64,000 bases of DNA from Syntrophorhabdaceae bacterium (GCA_963666485.2 CAXXUO010000006.1:55406-119405), one strand, 5' to 3'. Positions 9,565 through 19,530 are shown, counted from the stretch's first letter. The notes: generated by a model not told the origin, from the sequence alone. A program made the numbers and translations.

Positions 9565-10392
9565 ATGGTCAAAACATACGTCACGGTCTTGGGGGCAGTG
9601 CTGGCGTTGCTCGTTATGCCCGGCATGGGACTGTGCCAGGGAGATGCTTCCCGCGATTATCCGTCGGTCCTCAAGAATGTTCACGAAGAGCTCCTACGAT
9701 CGTTCGCGCAACTCGACGGGGACCTGTCGAACGCTGCCGGCCGCATCGCAAAGTCGGGTCTCACAGGAAACGATGCCCGGGCCGCGCTCAGAGGTCTCTG
9801 TGCGGATAAGGTCTACGCGATCGATTGCGCCGCCGTCAATAGTGCCGGGGTTATGGTGACGATCGAGCCGCCGGCGTTCAGGAAATTTGAAGGCGTCAGC
9901 ATCAGCAAGCAGGACCAGGTGATCGCTTTGCAGAAAACAAAACAGGCGGTCCTGAGCCGTGTTTTCCGGTCGGAAGAGGGCATAGACGCGGTCGATATGG
10001 AGCACCCGGTATTTTCCGCGGACCAGGCATTCATGGGTTCGGTCAGCATTCTTTTCAAGCCCGAGGAATTCCTGTCGTTCGTGATCGGGCCGCTCGTCCG
10101 GGGGTTTTCCTCCGCCGAGATATGGGTTGTGCAGAAAGATGGAAGGATACTCTACGATATACACAGGAATGAGATCGGCCGGATGCTTTTTTCGGACCCT
10201 CTCTATAAGCCCTTCCCTGAGCTTATCAGGTTGGGAGAAAAAATAGTTCGACAGGCGGAAGGGCACGGTTTTTACGATTTCACAGATGCCAAAACAAAAT
10301 TGATCATACGGAAAGAAGCGTTCTGGACAACGGTGGGGATGCACGGCACCGAGTGGCGGATCGTCGCGTCCCGGCCCGTTGCCGGAAAGTAG
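9565..10392 (+). CDS. Stand-alone periplasmic Cache-domain protein
   Basis: Signal peptide; VLSRVFRSEEG, WVVQKDGRILYD, GTEWRIV. Confidence 0.7.
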   Translation: MVKTYVTVLGAVLALLVMPGMGLCQGDASRDYPSVLKNVHEELLRSFAQLDGDLSNAAGRIAKSGLTGNDARAALRGLCADKVYAIDCAAVNSAGVMVTIEPPAFRKFEGVSISKQDQVIALQKTKQAVLSRVFRSEEGIDAVDMEHPVFSADQAFMGSVSILFKPEEFLSFVIGPLVRGFSSAEIWVVQKDGRILYDIHRNEIGRMLFSDPLYKPFPELIRLGEKIVRQAEGHGFYDFTDAKTKLIIRKEAFWTTVGMHGTEWRIVASRPVAGK

Positions 10393-10400
10393 GTGTCTCC

Positions 10401-10817
10401 ATGGCAAACATCGCCACACCTCGTGAAATAAAGGCAGTTATCAAGAATTTTCTCGCTCGCCTCGATGCAGATATCGGTGCGGTAGAGGAATTTCTCTCTC
10501 CCGATTGCAGCGCACATCTCCCGGGGCAGAACGTTCCGCTCGACAGGAACGGCTTTAAAGGTTTTGCAGGGATGCTGTATGCTGCTTTCCCTGATCTTCA
10601 CCATGAGGTCACGTTCCAGATCGCGGAAGGCGACGAGGTGGCGAGCCTCGTTGCCGTGCGGGGCACGCATAAAGGCAATTTTCAGGATATTCCGCCGACC
10701 CAAAAACAGGTAGAATTTACGGATATTATCCTGGCCCGTGTGCACAACGGGAAGATCACCGTCCTCTGGGCGCAGTTCGACGCACTCGGATTATTTAGGC
10801 AGCTCGGCATGCCGTAA
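10401..10817 (+). CDS. SnoaL-like ester cyclase family protein
   Basis: AAFPDLH, IAEGDEV, RGTHKGNFQDIPPTQKQV, DALGLFRQLG. Confidence 0.88.
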   Translation: MANIATPREIKAVIKNFLARLDADIGAVEEFLSPDCSAHLPGQNVPLDRNGFKGFAGMLYAAFPDLHHEVTFQIAEGDEVASLVAVRGTHKGNFQDIPPTQKQVEFTDIILARVHNGKITVLWAQFDALGLFRQLGMP

Positions 10818-10827
10818 AGGCCGCCGT

Positions 10828-11268
10828 TTATTTGTTCTGCTGGATCTCCCGGAGTCTTTCCGTGAAAATATCGGGCAGGCGGCCTATCCTGTGTTGCGAG
10901 TAGTTGAATACCACGATCCCCGTTTCAGCGAGGGCGATCACCGTATTATTCCGGACGATGCGCTGAAATATCCTGAAATTACCCGCCGCCAGTTCGCCGA
11001 TATGGGAGTCGATGCGTATCTCGTCGAAGACGAACCCTTCAGACTTGTAATTCACGGCCAGGTCCGACATGATCGTCCCATTCTCCCCGTCGCCGAGGTC
11101 CCCTTCACTGAACCCCATCGCATGGTACATACTGGCCCGTGCATTTCCGAAGAGCGTGACAATTGAATCGTTTCCCAGGTGTCCGCCGTAGTTGATGTCA
11201 CGGGGCATAAGGGTGGTATGGTAGGAAAATTCGTAGGTGGGTTGTTCTATGAGTTTTATTCGAGGCAT
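10828..11268 (-). CDS. Hotdog-fold acyl-CoA thioesterase
   Basis: DINYGGHLGNDS, DLAVNYKSEGF, AETGIVVFNY. Confidence 0.85.
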   Translation of the reverse strand: MPRIKLIEQPTYEFSYHTTLMPRDINYGGHLGNDSIVTLFGNARASMYHAMGFSEGDLGDGENGTIMSDLAVNYKSEGFVFDEIRIDSHIGELAAGNFRIFQRIVRNNTVIALAETGIVVFNYSQHRIGRLPDIFTERLREIQQNK

Positions 11269-11284
11269 GATAAAAACCCGGCTT

Positions 11285-11382
11285 ACGGCGTACGGCATAC
11301 GGCGTACGGTTAAAGGCAAAGGCAAAAAAAACAGAAGATACAGGTTTTGCCGTCAGCCGTACGCCGTCAGCCGTACGCCGTT
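11285..11382. repeat. Inverted pair of ACGGCGT-type heptamer arrays
   Basis: acggcgtacggcatacggcgtacgg..ggcaaaa / ttttgccgtcagccgtacgccgtcagccgtacgccgt. Confidence 0.9.
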
Positions 11383-12253
11383 ATTTTAACTTATTCTTCT
11401 TCGCCCACTTCGCAACGTCGATGGGGCTGTCGAGAACGGCGACCCCGGCGTTCTTCAGGGCCTCATGCTTGCCGGAGACGGTGCCGGTGCTTCCGCGTAC
11501 GATCGCTCCTGCATGGCCCATTTTCTTGCCCTGAGGCGAGTAGCGCCCTGCTATGTAGGCGGCGACGGGTTTCGTCATCTTCCGTGAGATGAAGCCTGCC
11601 GCTTTCTCTTCCTGCTCACCGCCGACCTCTCCGACGATTATTACTGCATCGGTGTCCTTGTCATTTTCAAACAATTCGAGAATGTCGGCGAGGTTCCTGA
11701 GTACCACGGGGTCGGCGCCCATGCCGACGACCGTGCTCTGCCCGACCTTGCTCTCGGACAGGATGCCGGCAAATTCATAGGAAAGCGTTCCGCTGCGGGA
11801 AATGATGCCAACCCGGCCCGGCTGAAACAGCGATGCGGGCATGATGCCCATTTTTCCCATCCCGGGCACGAGGATACCGGGTGTTGTCGGACCGAGCGCG
11901 AAGACGCCTTTTTCGAGGGCGTAGCTGCGCATTCTCAGGACGTCCTTGACCGGGATATGCTCGGGGACTATGACGATCAGCTTTATACCGGCGTCGATTG
12001 TCTCGAGAAACGCATCGAGCACCCCGGCAGCTGGTACAAAGAATACAGACGCATTTGCCCCTGTCTCTTTGACTGCTTCGAGAACGCCGTTGAAGACCGG
12101 GACGCCCTCGACGTTCATGCCGCCTTTCCCCGGGGTGACGCCGCCAACGACCCGCGTGCCGTACTCAAGCATCCAGTGTGTCTGGGCGCTTCCGATCCGG
12201 CCGGTGATGCCTTGCACGATGACTCGTGTGGACTCATTCATCAATATGCTCAT
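11381..12253 (-). CDS. ADP-forming acyl-CoA ligase alpha subunit (SucD-like)
   Basis: VIVQGITG, GGVTPGKGG, ISRSGTLSYE, MGHAGA phospho-His. Confidence 0.9.
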   Translation of the reverse strand: MSILMNESTRVIVQGITGRIGSAQTHWMLEYGTRVVGGVTPGKGGMNVEGVPVFNGVLEAVKETGANASVFFVPAAGVLDAFLETIDAGIKLIVIVPEHIPVKDVLRMRSYALEKGVFALGPTTPGILVPGMGKMGIMPASLFQPGRVGIISRSGTLSYEFAGILSESKVGQSTVVGMGADPVVLRNLADILELFENDKDTDAVIIVGEVGGEQEEKAAGFISRKMTKPVAAYIAGRYSPQGKKMGHAGAIVRGSTGTVSGKHEALKNAGVAVLDSPIDVAKWAKKNKLK

Positions 12254-12313
12254 AGGGAAACCTCATTCATTTCAGTTATCACTTCTCCAGGGAGGGATAT
12301 TCCCTCCATGGCC

Positions 12314-13486
12314 TTATTTTTTCTTCGGTTTGGCTGCAGGGCCTTTTTCGTCCGGCCCGACAAGCTTGTACAGGACGTCGACCGCCTTTTCCGTGGCCGC
12401 TTCCGTCACCACGTGGACGCCGCCTGATTTGAAAATTTCCCACGTCTCTTCCTGGCGGTTGCCGAGTGCCTTTGCCACGACGGGCAGCTTCACGTTGTGT
12501 TCCTGCATATACCGGATAACACCCTTGGCGCCCTCGTGAATGGGGTTGATCCCGCCGTACACGTTGATGAAGATACCCCGTAAGCCGGGCTTCATCATGA
12601 TGAGCTCCATGCAGCGGTAGAGCAGGTCGGCGGTGATGCCTCCCCCCGTTTCGAGGAAGTTCGCAGGCCGCATCTTCTGCCCTATGATGTCCATGGACGC
12701 CATCCCGAGCCCGGCGCCCGAGGAGATAAGCCCGATGTCGCCGTCAAGGTCGACGTAGGTGACGCCGATCTCCCTGCCGCGCCTTTCGAGAGGGTTCTCG
12801 ATGCGGTCAACCCGGTCGGGAAGAGGAAATCTTATACGGGAAAGTGCCGAGTCATCGACCTCGAGCACGGCATCGACCGCCATAAGCCCGCCGTTCGCAA
12901 GGACGACGAGCGGGTTGATCTCCGCAATGAGGGCTTCATACCGGGTCGCTATGTGATAAAGCTGGCCTATTATATCGCTCCAGGCGGTGATCATCTTCTG
13001 CTCGATCCCGAGCATGCGCAAAAGACCCCGTGCCTGGTACGGGTAATATCCGAAAGAAGGTTCGATGTGTATCGCAGCGATCTTTTCCGGGGATGTCTTG
13101 GCGGTCTCCTCGATGAGTACACCGCCCTCGGTACTTGCAACGATGACCGGTTTACCGGAATAGCCGTCGATGGTCATGCCGAGGTACAGTTCCCGTGTGA
13201 TATCAACCTTCTCGCACACGAGGACCTTGCGGACAGGCATGCCCTTCACCTCGCACATGAAAAGATGGTCCGCCGCTTCTTTGAGCTGGTCGGGGTTCTC
13301 CGCCACCTTGATGCCGCCCGCGAGTCCGCGCCCGCCGACGAGGACCTGCGCCTTGAGAATGACGGGATACCCTATCTCGCCCGCGACGTGCAGGGCCTCG
13401 TGCATATCGCTGACGAGCGCGCGCCGGGGAACAGGGATCCGGTTCTGTTCAAAAATGTCCAGTGCTTCGTATTCGTGAAGTCTCAT
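12314..13486 (-). CDS. ADP-forming acyl-CoA ligase beta subunit (SucC-like)
   Basis: MRLHEYEA, KAQVLVGGRGLAGG, EINPL, GAGLGMASMD, PANFLETGGG. Confidence 0.9.
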   Translation of the reverse strand: MRLHEYEALDIFEQNRIPVPRRALVSDMHEALHVAGEIGYPVILKAQVLVGGRGLAGGIKVAENPDQLKEAADHLFMCEVKGMPVRKVLVCEKVDITRELYLGMTIDGYSGKPVIVASTEGGVLIEETAKTSPEKIAAIHIEPSFGYYPYQARGLLRMLGIEQKMITAWSDIIGQLYHIATRYEALIAEINPLVVLANGGLMAVDAVLEVDDSALSRIRFPLPDRVDRIENPLERRGREIGVTYVDLDGDIGLISSGAGLGMASMDIIGQKMRPANFLETGGGITADLLYRCMELIMMKPGLRGIFINVYGGINPIHEGAKGVIRYMQEHNVKLPVVAKALGNRQEETWEIFKSGGVHVVTEAATEKAVDVLYKLVGPDEKGPAAKPKKK

Positions 13487-13610
13487 ACAGTTACGTCCCT
13501 TGTGGTGTTGATTTGACTCCCAGTGCACCGCGGGAAGACCGCAGCCGCAACAGGCAAGTATAAATTGTAATCGCGTTTAAAGTCAATGTAATTGATTAAT
13601 AATGAAATTG

Positions 13611-13980
13611 AAAAGAGGTAATGGGTAATAAGCAGAAAAGCAGGCGAGGGGCAAGGGGCGAGGGGCAATAGGCGATGGGACCTTCCCCCCGCGTCATCCC
13701 GGCGAAGGCCGGGATCCGGGGTCTTTCGTCGACGCGATATAAAGAGGCAAAACCCTGGATCCCGGTGTCAAGCACCGGGATGACGGCGGTGGCAGATAAC
13801 GTCCGTCGCCCTTCCCCCCTCCCTTCCTACCCTTACCTATCACTCATTACCGCTATTACCTTGTGATGCAGAGACGCTGGATTCCTGCTTTCGCGGGAAT
13901 GACGGATGAAAAGTATCCCATCGCCTATTGCCCCTCGCCCCTCGCCTGCTTTTCTGCTTGTTACCCATTACCTATTTTTT
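13611..13980. repeat. Nested palindromic unit: ~70-bp heptamer-derived inverted repeats around a REP dimer (13692-13785) and a single REP (13877-13904)
   Basis: aggtaatgggtaataagcagaaaagcaggcgaggggc..aataggcgatggga is inverted at 13916-13980. Confidence 0.9.
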
Positions 13981-13983
13981 TAA

Positions 13984-14012
13984 TTGCATTTTTAATCACA
14001 TTTGTGTAAGTT
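13984..14012 (+). promoter_or_regulatory. Putative promoter for a leaderless gntR transcript
   Basis: TTGCAT-N17-TAAGTT, 7 nt before ATG 14020; no SD. Confidence 0.45.
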
Positions 14013-14019
14013 GTTGCCC

Positions 14020-14712
14020 ATGGCACAGATAAAGAAAAAATCAACCAAACAGTCAGAGGACAGCAGTCAGGTAGCGTATCAGGGTATCCGGCGCATGATC
14101 TATGCGAAGGAACTGGTACCGGGACAGAAGATAGCCTACAGGGACCTGGCAGAGAAACTCGACTTAAGCCCGACGCCGATCATCCAGGCATTAAGGAGAC
14201 TTGAGCTTCTCGGTTTCGTCAACCATGAGCCCAACAGGGGTTTCTTCATGTCGCCGTTCAGCGTGAGAGAGATCGAACAGATCTACGAGATGCGCGAACT
14301 CATCGAGCCGTCTCTCGTGGCCTCGACGGTCCAGAACATCGACAAGAAAGGGCTCGCCGATCTAAAAAGCGCCCTGGAAGCGCACCTGTCTGCCGAACGG
14401 GATTTTTACCTGAAAGAAAGGCTTTTCAAGAACAGGGAATTTCACCTGACCCTTGCGGGGCTTTCGAAAAAAGAGACACAGATACGAATCCTCCGGAATT
14501 TGTTCGACATCCTGTTTCTCAAGTACAGCGACCTGCCGCGGTCATCGCTCGTTGCAACGGACCAGGAACACCAGGAGATCTATGACGCCGTTTCGCTTAG
14601 GAGCATGGACCGTGCACAGACCATTCTCAAGAACCATGTGACCAATGTCAAGGTCCAGGTCTTAACGAGCGTCCGCAAGATGCTTGAAGAACAGGAACGC
14701 TCTGAATTCTAG
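14020..14712 (+). CDS. GntR family regulator (FCD domain)
   Basis: LVPGQKI..LAEKLDLSPTPIIQALRRLE, NREFHLTL, EHQEIYDA. Confidence 0.92.
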   Translation: MAQIKKKSTKQSEDSSQVAYQGIRRMIYAKELVPGQKIAYRDLAEKLDLSPTPIIQALRRLELLGFVNHEPNRGFFMSPFSVREIEQIYEMRELIEPSLVASTVQNIDKKGLADLKSALEAHLSAERDFYLKERLFKNREFHLTLAGLSKKETQIRILRNLFDILFLKYSDLPRSSLVATDQEHQEIYDAVSLRSMDRAQTILKNHVTNVKVQVLTSVRKMLEEQERSEF

Positions 14713-14754
14713 GAAAGACGTCCTGACCGATCACACGCCATAAGGAGGCAAAAT

Positions 14755-16185
14755 ATGGGTATCAAGACAAAAGACGAATATATTGAATCATTGCGCTCCC
14801 TCAACCCGGTGGCCTACATGTTTGGAGAAAGGCTCACCAATATCGTTGACAATCCGCGCCTCCGTGCAGGTATGGAAGCGACAGGCGCCACCTATGAGAT
14901 GGCCCAGCTCGACCCCGGCCTGGTCATTACGCAGAGCCCGCTGATCAACGAGCCTGTCAGCCGTTTCACGCTTCCCCCGGCGAGCGTCGAAGACCTCGTG
15001 GCGCGGGTCAAGTTGAACCGGAAGGTCGCCAACTATGTCGGTACATGCCACCAGAGGTGTACGGGCCTTGACTGCCTTTCGACTCTTGCCATCGTCACCT
15101 ATGACATCGACCAGAAATACAAGACCGAGTATTACCCGAGGTTCCAGGAATTCCTGAAATTCATGCAGAAAAACGACCTGACAGGCAACGCGGGCGTGAC
15201 GGACGTGAAAGGCGACAGGTCGCTCGCCCCGCACGAACAGGTTGACAAAGATATGTTCCTCCGTATCGTAGAGAAGAAAGCCGACGGTATTGTTGTCCGC
15301 GGCGCCAAGGCCCACCAGACCGGGTCGCTTTCAGCGCACCAGATCATCGTCCTGCCGACGCGCGCAATGGGGAAAGATGACAAGGACTACGCGGTTGCTT
15401 TTGCGATTCCTGCCGACACGAAGGGCCTGATCCATGTTGTGGGCCGGTCGACGCTCGATATGCGCGAGCTTGACGGTTGCGACATAGGCAACGCGTATTA
15501 CTCCAAATATTGCCCGACCCTCATCTTTGACGACGTGTTCGTCCCGTGGGACAGGGTTTTCTTATGTGGTGAGACGGAATTTGCTCAGGAGATGGTCATC
15601 AAGTTCTCCTCTTTCCATCGCCAGAGCCACGGCGGCTGCAAGTCAGGCAAGATCGACTGCATGATAGGCTGCGCGCTCACAATGATGGACTACAACGGCA
15701 CCGCCAAGGTCGGCCACCTGAAAGAAAAAGTAACCGACATGATCCACAGGGCCGAGACATTGTACGGATGCTGTCTTGCGTCATCCTACGAAGGCCAGAA
15801 GCAGCCGTCCGGCGCATACTTCATCGACACGGTCCTCGCCAACGCATCCAAGATCCACGAAGGCAAGGAAATGGCCGAGGCGACGAGGATGATGATCGAT
15901 GCGTGCGGCGGTTTTGTCGCCGACATGCCATCCGACAGGGATTTCTCGAACCCGGAGATCGGCGGCCTGCTTAAGAAATACCTGAAAGGCGTCGACAGCG
16001 TGCCCGTCGAGAACCGCATAAGAATGTACCGGCTTGCAGAAAAGCTGGCCCTTGAAAGCGCCGACACGATATCCGACATCCACGGCGGCGGCTCACCGGC
16101 AGCCCACAGGGTTACCATTTTGAGGGAAACCGATACGGCCCAGAAGAAAAAGGCAGCCAAGAGGCTCGCAGGTATAAAAGAGTAA
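14755..16185 (+). CDS. 4-hydroxybutyryl-CoA dehydratase-like Fe-S/FAD enzyme (AbfD/HpaB family)
   Basis: CHQRC and HRQSHGGCK Fe-S ligand motifs, TDVKGDRS, RGAKAHQTG, HGGGSPAA. Confidence 0.88.
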   Translation: MGIKTKDEYIESLRSLNPVAYMFGERLTNIVDNPRLRAGMEATGATYEMAQLDPGLVITQSPLINEPVSRFTLPPASVEDLVARVKLNRKVANYVGTCHQRCTGLDCLSTLAIVTYDIDQKYKTEYYPRFQEFLKFMQKNDLTGNAGVTDVKGDRSLAPHEQVDKDMFLRIVEKKADGIVVRGAKAHQTGSLSAHQIIVLPTRAMGKDDKDYAVAFAIPADTKGLIHVVGRSTLDMRELDGCDIGNAYYSKYCPTLIFDDVFVPWDRVFLCGETEFAQEMVIKFSSFHRQSHGGCKSGKIDCMIGCALTMMDYNGTAKVGHLKEKVTDMIHRAETLYGCCLASSYEGQKQPSGAYFIDTVLANASKIHEGKEMAEATRMMIDACGGFVADMPSDRDFSNPEIGGLLKKYLKGVDSVPVENRIRMYRLAEKLALESADTISDIHGGGSPAAHRVTILRETDTAQKKKAAKRLAGIKE

Positions 16186-16211
16186 TATACCCCCCTTAGT
16201 TTCATAGATGG

Positions 16212-16249
16212 AAGGCCGGTGGTGCGACCCACCGGCCTTTAGTTTTTTT
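16212..16249 (+). terminator. Intrinsic terminator
   Basis: AAGGCCGGTGG-N6-CCACCGGCCTT followed by a T-tract. Confidence 0.8.
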
Positions 16250-17555
16250 AATTTACGAGATTGGACAGGACAAGGACCGTCCAGTACGGGGAGAACATAA
16301 GAAGGATGATAGAGACGATGTATGCGGGGACGTAATAGAACGAGCCTCTGAACACCGTCCCGAGAGGGATATCCTTGGCCATGCCGGCCACGACGTAACA
16401 GCATATTCCAATGGGCGGCATGATCGAACCCATTGTCGTGACGATGCATATGACCTGGCCGAACCATATCGGGTCGTAACCGAGCTGGGTGACAAGCGGG
16501 TAAAAGATCGGCAGCGACACGAGGAGAAATGCAAGGGCATCCATGACGCACCCGCCGATTATGTAGCAAAAAATAATGAGCCACAGGAGGACCCAGTTCG
16601 GCAAGGCAAGGCCGCTGATCCACCCCGCAATTTCAAAGGGAAGCCGGGTTACGGTGATAAACCGGCCGAATATGACGGCCCCGGCTACGATCATGAAAAC
16701 GAGGCAGGATATCCGGAGCGTGTCGACGACCGATTTCATGAAGCCGTCCCACGAGAGCTTCCTGCGTACGAGGCATATGATGAGTGCGAGGGTGCAGCTC
16801 GCCGCGGCCGCTTCCGTGGCTGTCACGACGCCCGTGAAGAGGGCGTACATGATGATCGCGAAGAGGATCAGGATATCAATGATGTCCGGCAGTGCCCGGA
16901 AACGTTCGCGCCACGTGCTCTTTTCCGCCTTGGGCCCCCAGTCGGGATGGCGCCAGCAGATGAACCCGACGGTCGCCGCGATGGCGGCGGTGAGGATAGC
17001 ACTCGGGATAACGTTCCCGAAGAAGAGTTTCCCGATCGATTGCCCCGTATAGAGGCCGTAGACGACAAGGACGATGCTGGGAGGTATAAGGACACCCAGC
17101 GTGGCCCCTGCGGCGACGGACCCGGCATTGAGCATGGGATGGTAGTTATACTTCTTCATCTCGGGGATCGCGACGGAGCTCATTGTCGCGGCAGTCGCCG
17201 TATTGCTCCCCGATATCGCGGAGAAGGCCGCGCATGCCATGATCGTCGTTATCGCGAGTCCGCCCTTGTAGTGCCCGAACCACTTATGCGTCGCGTTGTA
17301 GAGGCCGTTATTGTAGCCCGCATAGTGGACGAACTCCCCGACGAGGATGAACATGGGTATGACGGTCAGCCCGTAGTTCGAGAATATGCCCCACATGTCC
17401 CCGCCGATCATCCCGAACGCGGCCTTGAAATTCGTCACGTACGCGACACCGAGGAACCCGATGATCGCCATCGTGAAACCCGCAGGTATCCGCAGGAAGA
17501 ACAGGGTGGCAAACATGATGATGATACCGAATACGCCAACGATTGGTCCTTCCAT
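16248..17555 (-). CDS. dctM: TRAP transporter large permease
   Basis: FSAISGSNTATA, LGVLIPPSIVLVVYG, GYDPIWFG, MPPIG. Confidence 0.95.
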   Translation of the reverse strand: MEGPIVGVFGIIIMFATLFFLRIPAGFTMAIIGFLGVAYVTNFKAAFGMIGGDMWGIFSNYGLTVIPMFILVGEFVHYAGYNNGLYNATHKWFGHYKGGLAITTIMACAAFSAISGSNTATAATMSSVAIPEMKKYNYHPMLNAGSVAAGATLGVLIPPSIVLVVYGLYTGQSIGKLFFGNVIPSAILTAAIAATVGFICWRHPDWGPKAEKSTWRERFRALPDIIDILILFAIIMYALFTGVVTATEAAAASCTLALIICLVRRKLSWDGFMKSVVDTLRISCLVFMIVAGAVIFGRFITVTRLPFEIAGWISGLALPNWVLLWLIIFCYIIGGCVMDALAFLLVSLPIFYPLVTQLGYDPIWFGQVICIVTTMGSIMPPIGICCYVVAGMAKDIPLGTVFRGSFYYVPAYIVSIILLMFSPYWTVLVLSNLVN

Positions 17556-17557
17556 CC

Positions 17558-18040
17558 CTAGTCCTCCTCGTGGAACAGGTTTTTGAGAAACTGGACGAAC
17601 GTGGTAAACGCGAGCAGAATGAAGCCCGCGGCTGTCATGAAAATGTAGGGATGGAATACGACCTTCAGGGTTTCGGAGACCTCGTCCCCCTCCATGATCT
17701 TCATTCCCCAGACGTAAAGCTGCCAGGCCACGATCCCGAAAAATATCGTCATGGCGATGGACGCCACTTTATCGATGGTCTGTTTTGCAATGTCAGGGAA
17801 CCTGTCCGTAAGGATATCGACGACGATGTGGTCCCTTCGCTTCTGCGTGTATCCGAGGGCAAAGGCGATAACGACCGCCCCGAGAAAAGAGACGATCTCG
17901 TATGTGCCCCTGAAAGGCATGTGAAAGATCCTCATGACAACATTGCCCGTGGCGAGCAGCATCAGGGCAAGAACGGCGATACCGGCCAGGAACATCAGGA
18001 TCTTGTTGAAGAAATTGTTGATCATGTCCAGGTACTTCAT
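17558..18040 (-). CDS. dctQ: TRAP transporter small permease
   Basis: 4 TM segments, NVVMR, HIVVDIL; lies between dctP and dctM. Confidence 0.92.
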   Translation of the reverse strand: MKYLDMINNFFNKILMFLAGIAVLALMLLATGNVVMRIFHMPFRGTYEIVSFLGAVVIAFALGYTQKRRDHIVVDILTDRFPDIAKQTIDKVASIAMTIFFGIVAWQLYVWGMKIMEGDEVSETLKVVFHPYIFMTAAGFILLAFTTFVQFLKNLFHEED

Positions 18041-18070
18041 GAACCCTCCCAGGATCTATCCGGATGTCAC

Positions 18071-18085
18071 GTATACTGTATACAA
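18071..18085. promoter_or_regulatory. Putative GntR/FadR operator GTATACTGTATACAA
   Basis: Identical to 19516-19530. Confidence 0.6.
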
Positions 18086-18104
18086 CACGTACAGGTCCGA
18101 ATAA

Positions 18105-18131
18105 ACCGGGGCCATGACGCACGGCCCCGGT
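18105..18131. other. Stem-loop after dctP
   Basis: ACCGGGGCC-N9-GGCCCCGGT. Confidence 0.6.
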
Positions 18132-18143
18132 CATCCTTAGACG

Positions 18144-19181
18144 TTATTTACCCTTGAACTGTTTTTCGTATTTGTCCCTCAGCATGTATGCGTCCTTGAT
18201 GATCTTGTCGCCGGCAAGGCCCTTGGCGCTGACGCGTTTGATATAGTCGTCGATCATCGGTTTTGTGAGCCTCGGGATCTCTGCCATCTCGGAAGCAGGA
18301 AGCTTTATGATCTCGAGTTTGTATTTGTCCTTGGACCATTTGATGGCTTCGTTAACATGGTCATCAACGTATTTCCCGGTCCATTCCATCTGCTCACGCC
18401 TTAAGTCATCCAGGACTTTCTTGACATCGGCCGGCAGCGCATTCCATTTTTCCTTGTTCATGACGACGGCGAATGTCACGACGAAGAGGTTCGTCTCGGT
18501 CGCATACGGTGTGTATGCGGCGAAATTGAAATCCTGGAGGATCTCCATCGACGATACGACGCCCTTCACGACGCCTTTCTGCAGGGCCTCGGGGGTGTCA
18601 GACTGCGGCATTGCGATCGGGATCGCGCCCAGTTTCTTGACCGCCTCGGCACCGGTACCGGAGACCCTCAGTTCCATACCCTTCAGGTCTTTCAGGGATT
18701 TTACAGGTTTCGTTGTCATGAAGTCGGCAGGCGGGCAGGTGAAGACGGTGAGGAGCTTTACCTTGTCGAATTCCTGGGGATATTTCTCGAGGAGGTCAAA
18801 AAGGGCCCGGCTCGCCGCCTTGGAGCTTGTGAAGCCGAGCGGCAGGTCGATCGCCTCGGATACCGGGAAACGGCCCGGCTGGTAGCTCATCGCAAAGTTA
18901 CCGATATCGGCGGTGCCGGCGATGACGCCGTCAAAGATATTCTTTGCGGGCAGCAGCGTGCCGCCCGGGAATGTCTGCACTTTTACCTTGCCGTTCGTCC
19001 TCTTCTCCACCTCCTTGGCCCAGCGTTCCATCTGGACGCACGGAAAGGTCTTTGCTGGCGGGAAATTCGCGTAGGTCAGCGTTATTTTGGTCTGACTCTG
19101 AAGATTGCCGCTGTAGATGACGAACGCCCCGAGTAACAAGACAGCTAAACCGAGAACAAACAGCGATCTTTTGCCCTTCAT
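18144..19181 (-). CDS. dctP: TRAP transporter substrate-binding protein
   Basis: Signal peptide; VEKRTNGKVKV, DLKGMELRV, EALQKGVV, VMNKEKWNALPAD. Confidence 0.95.
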   Translation of the reverse strand: MKGKRSLFVLGLAVLLLGAFVIYSGNLQSQTKITLTYANFPPAKTFPCVQMERWAKEVEKRTNGKVKVQTFPGGTLLPAKNIFDGVIAGTADIGNFAMSYQPGRFPVSEAIDLPLGFTSSKAASRALFDLLEKYPQEFDKVKLLTVFTCPPADFMTTKPVKSLKDLKGMELRVSGTGAEAVKKLGAIPIAMPQSDTPEALQKGVVKGVVSSMEILQDFNFAAYTPYATETNLFVVTFAVVMNKEKWNALPADVKKVLDDLRREQMEWTGKYVDDHVNEAIKWSKDKYKLEIIKLPASEMAEIPRLTKPMIDDYIKRVSAKGLAGDKIIKDAYMLRDKYEKQFKGK

Positions 19182-19424
19182 AACAACCCCCTTTGGTTTT
19201 GCGGCCCCGTGTGCGGGCCGGTGTTCCTATAATGTTTCTTGCGTGATGCAAAAGTTAGAATGTGCGTATGAACGGGAGATATGAAACCAGAAGTGCAACC
19301 CTTCCCCTGACACCCTATGGCCATTTCCATGAAAAAAACCGTGTTTTTTTAAAGCTTTTCCCGAATTGTTACCAACACATGCCGGTTACATCCTAAAAGA
19401 TCCCCTGAAAACTCTATCCTACTA

Positions 19425-19530
19425 TTGTATACAAAATCCCGTAAATGACAATCGAAAAAATATAAAAAATATCGCTTGACACTGATTTGTGCATCTACTA
19501 TCATTGACCATATAGGTATACTGTATACAA
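19425..19530 (+). promoter_or_regulatory. Sigma70 promoter of the catabolic operon flanked by TGTATACA operators
   Basis: TTGTATACAA 19425-19434; TTGACA(19476)-N17-TATCAT(19499); GTATACTGTATACAA 19516-19530. Confidence 0.7.

Noticed and set aside
11381..13486. Gene symbols sucC/sucD
   Set aside because: Divergent motifs and non-TCA context leave the substrate uncertain.
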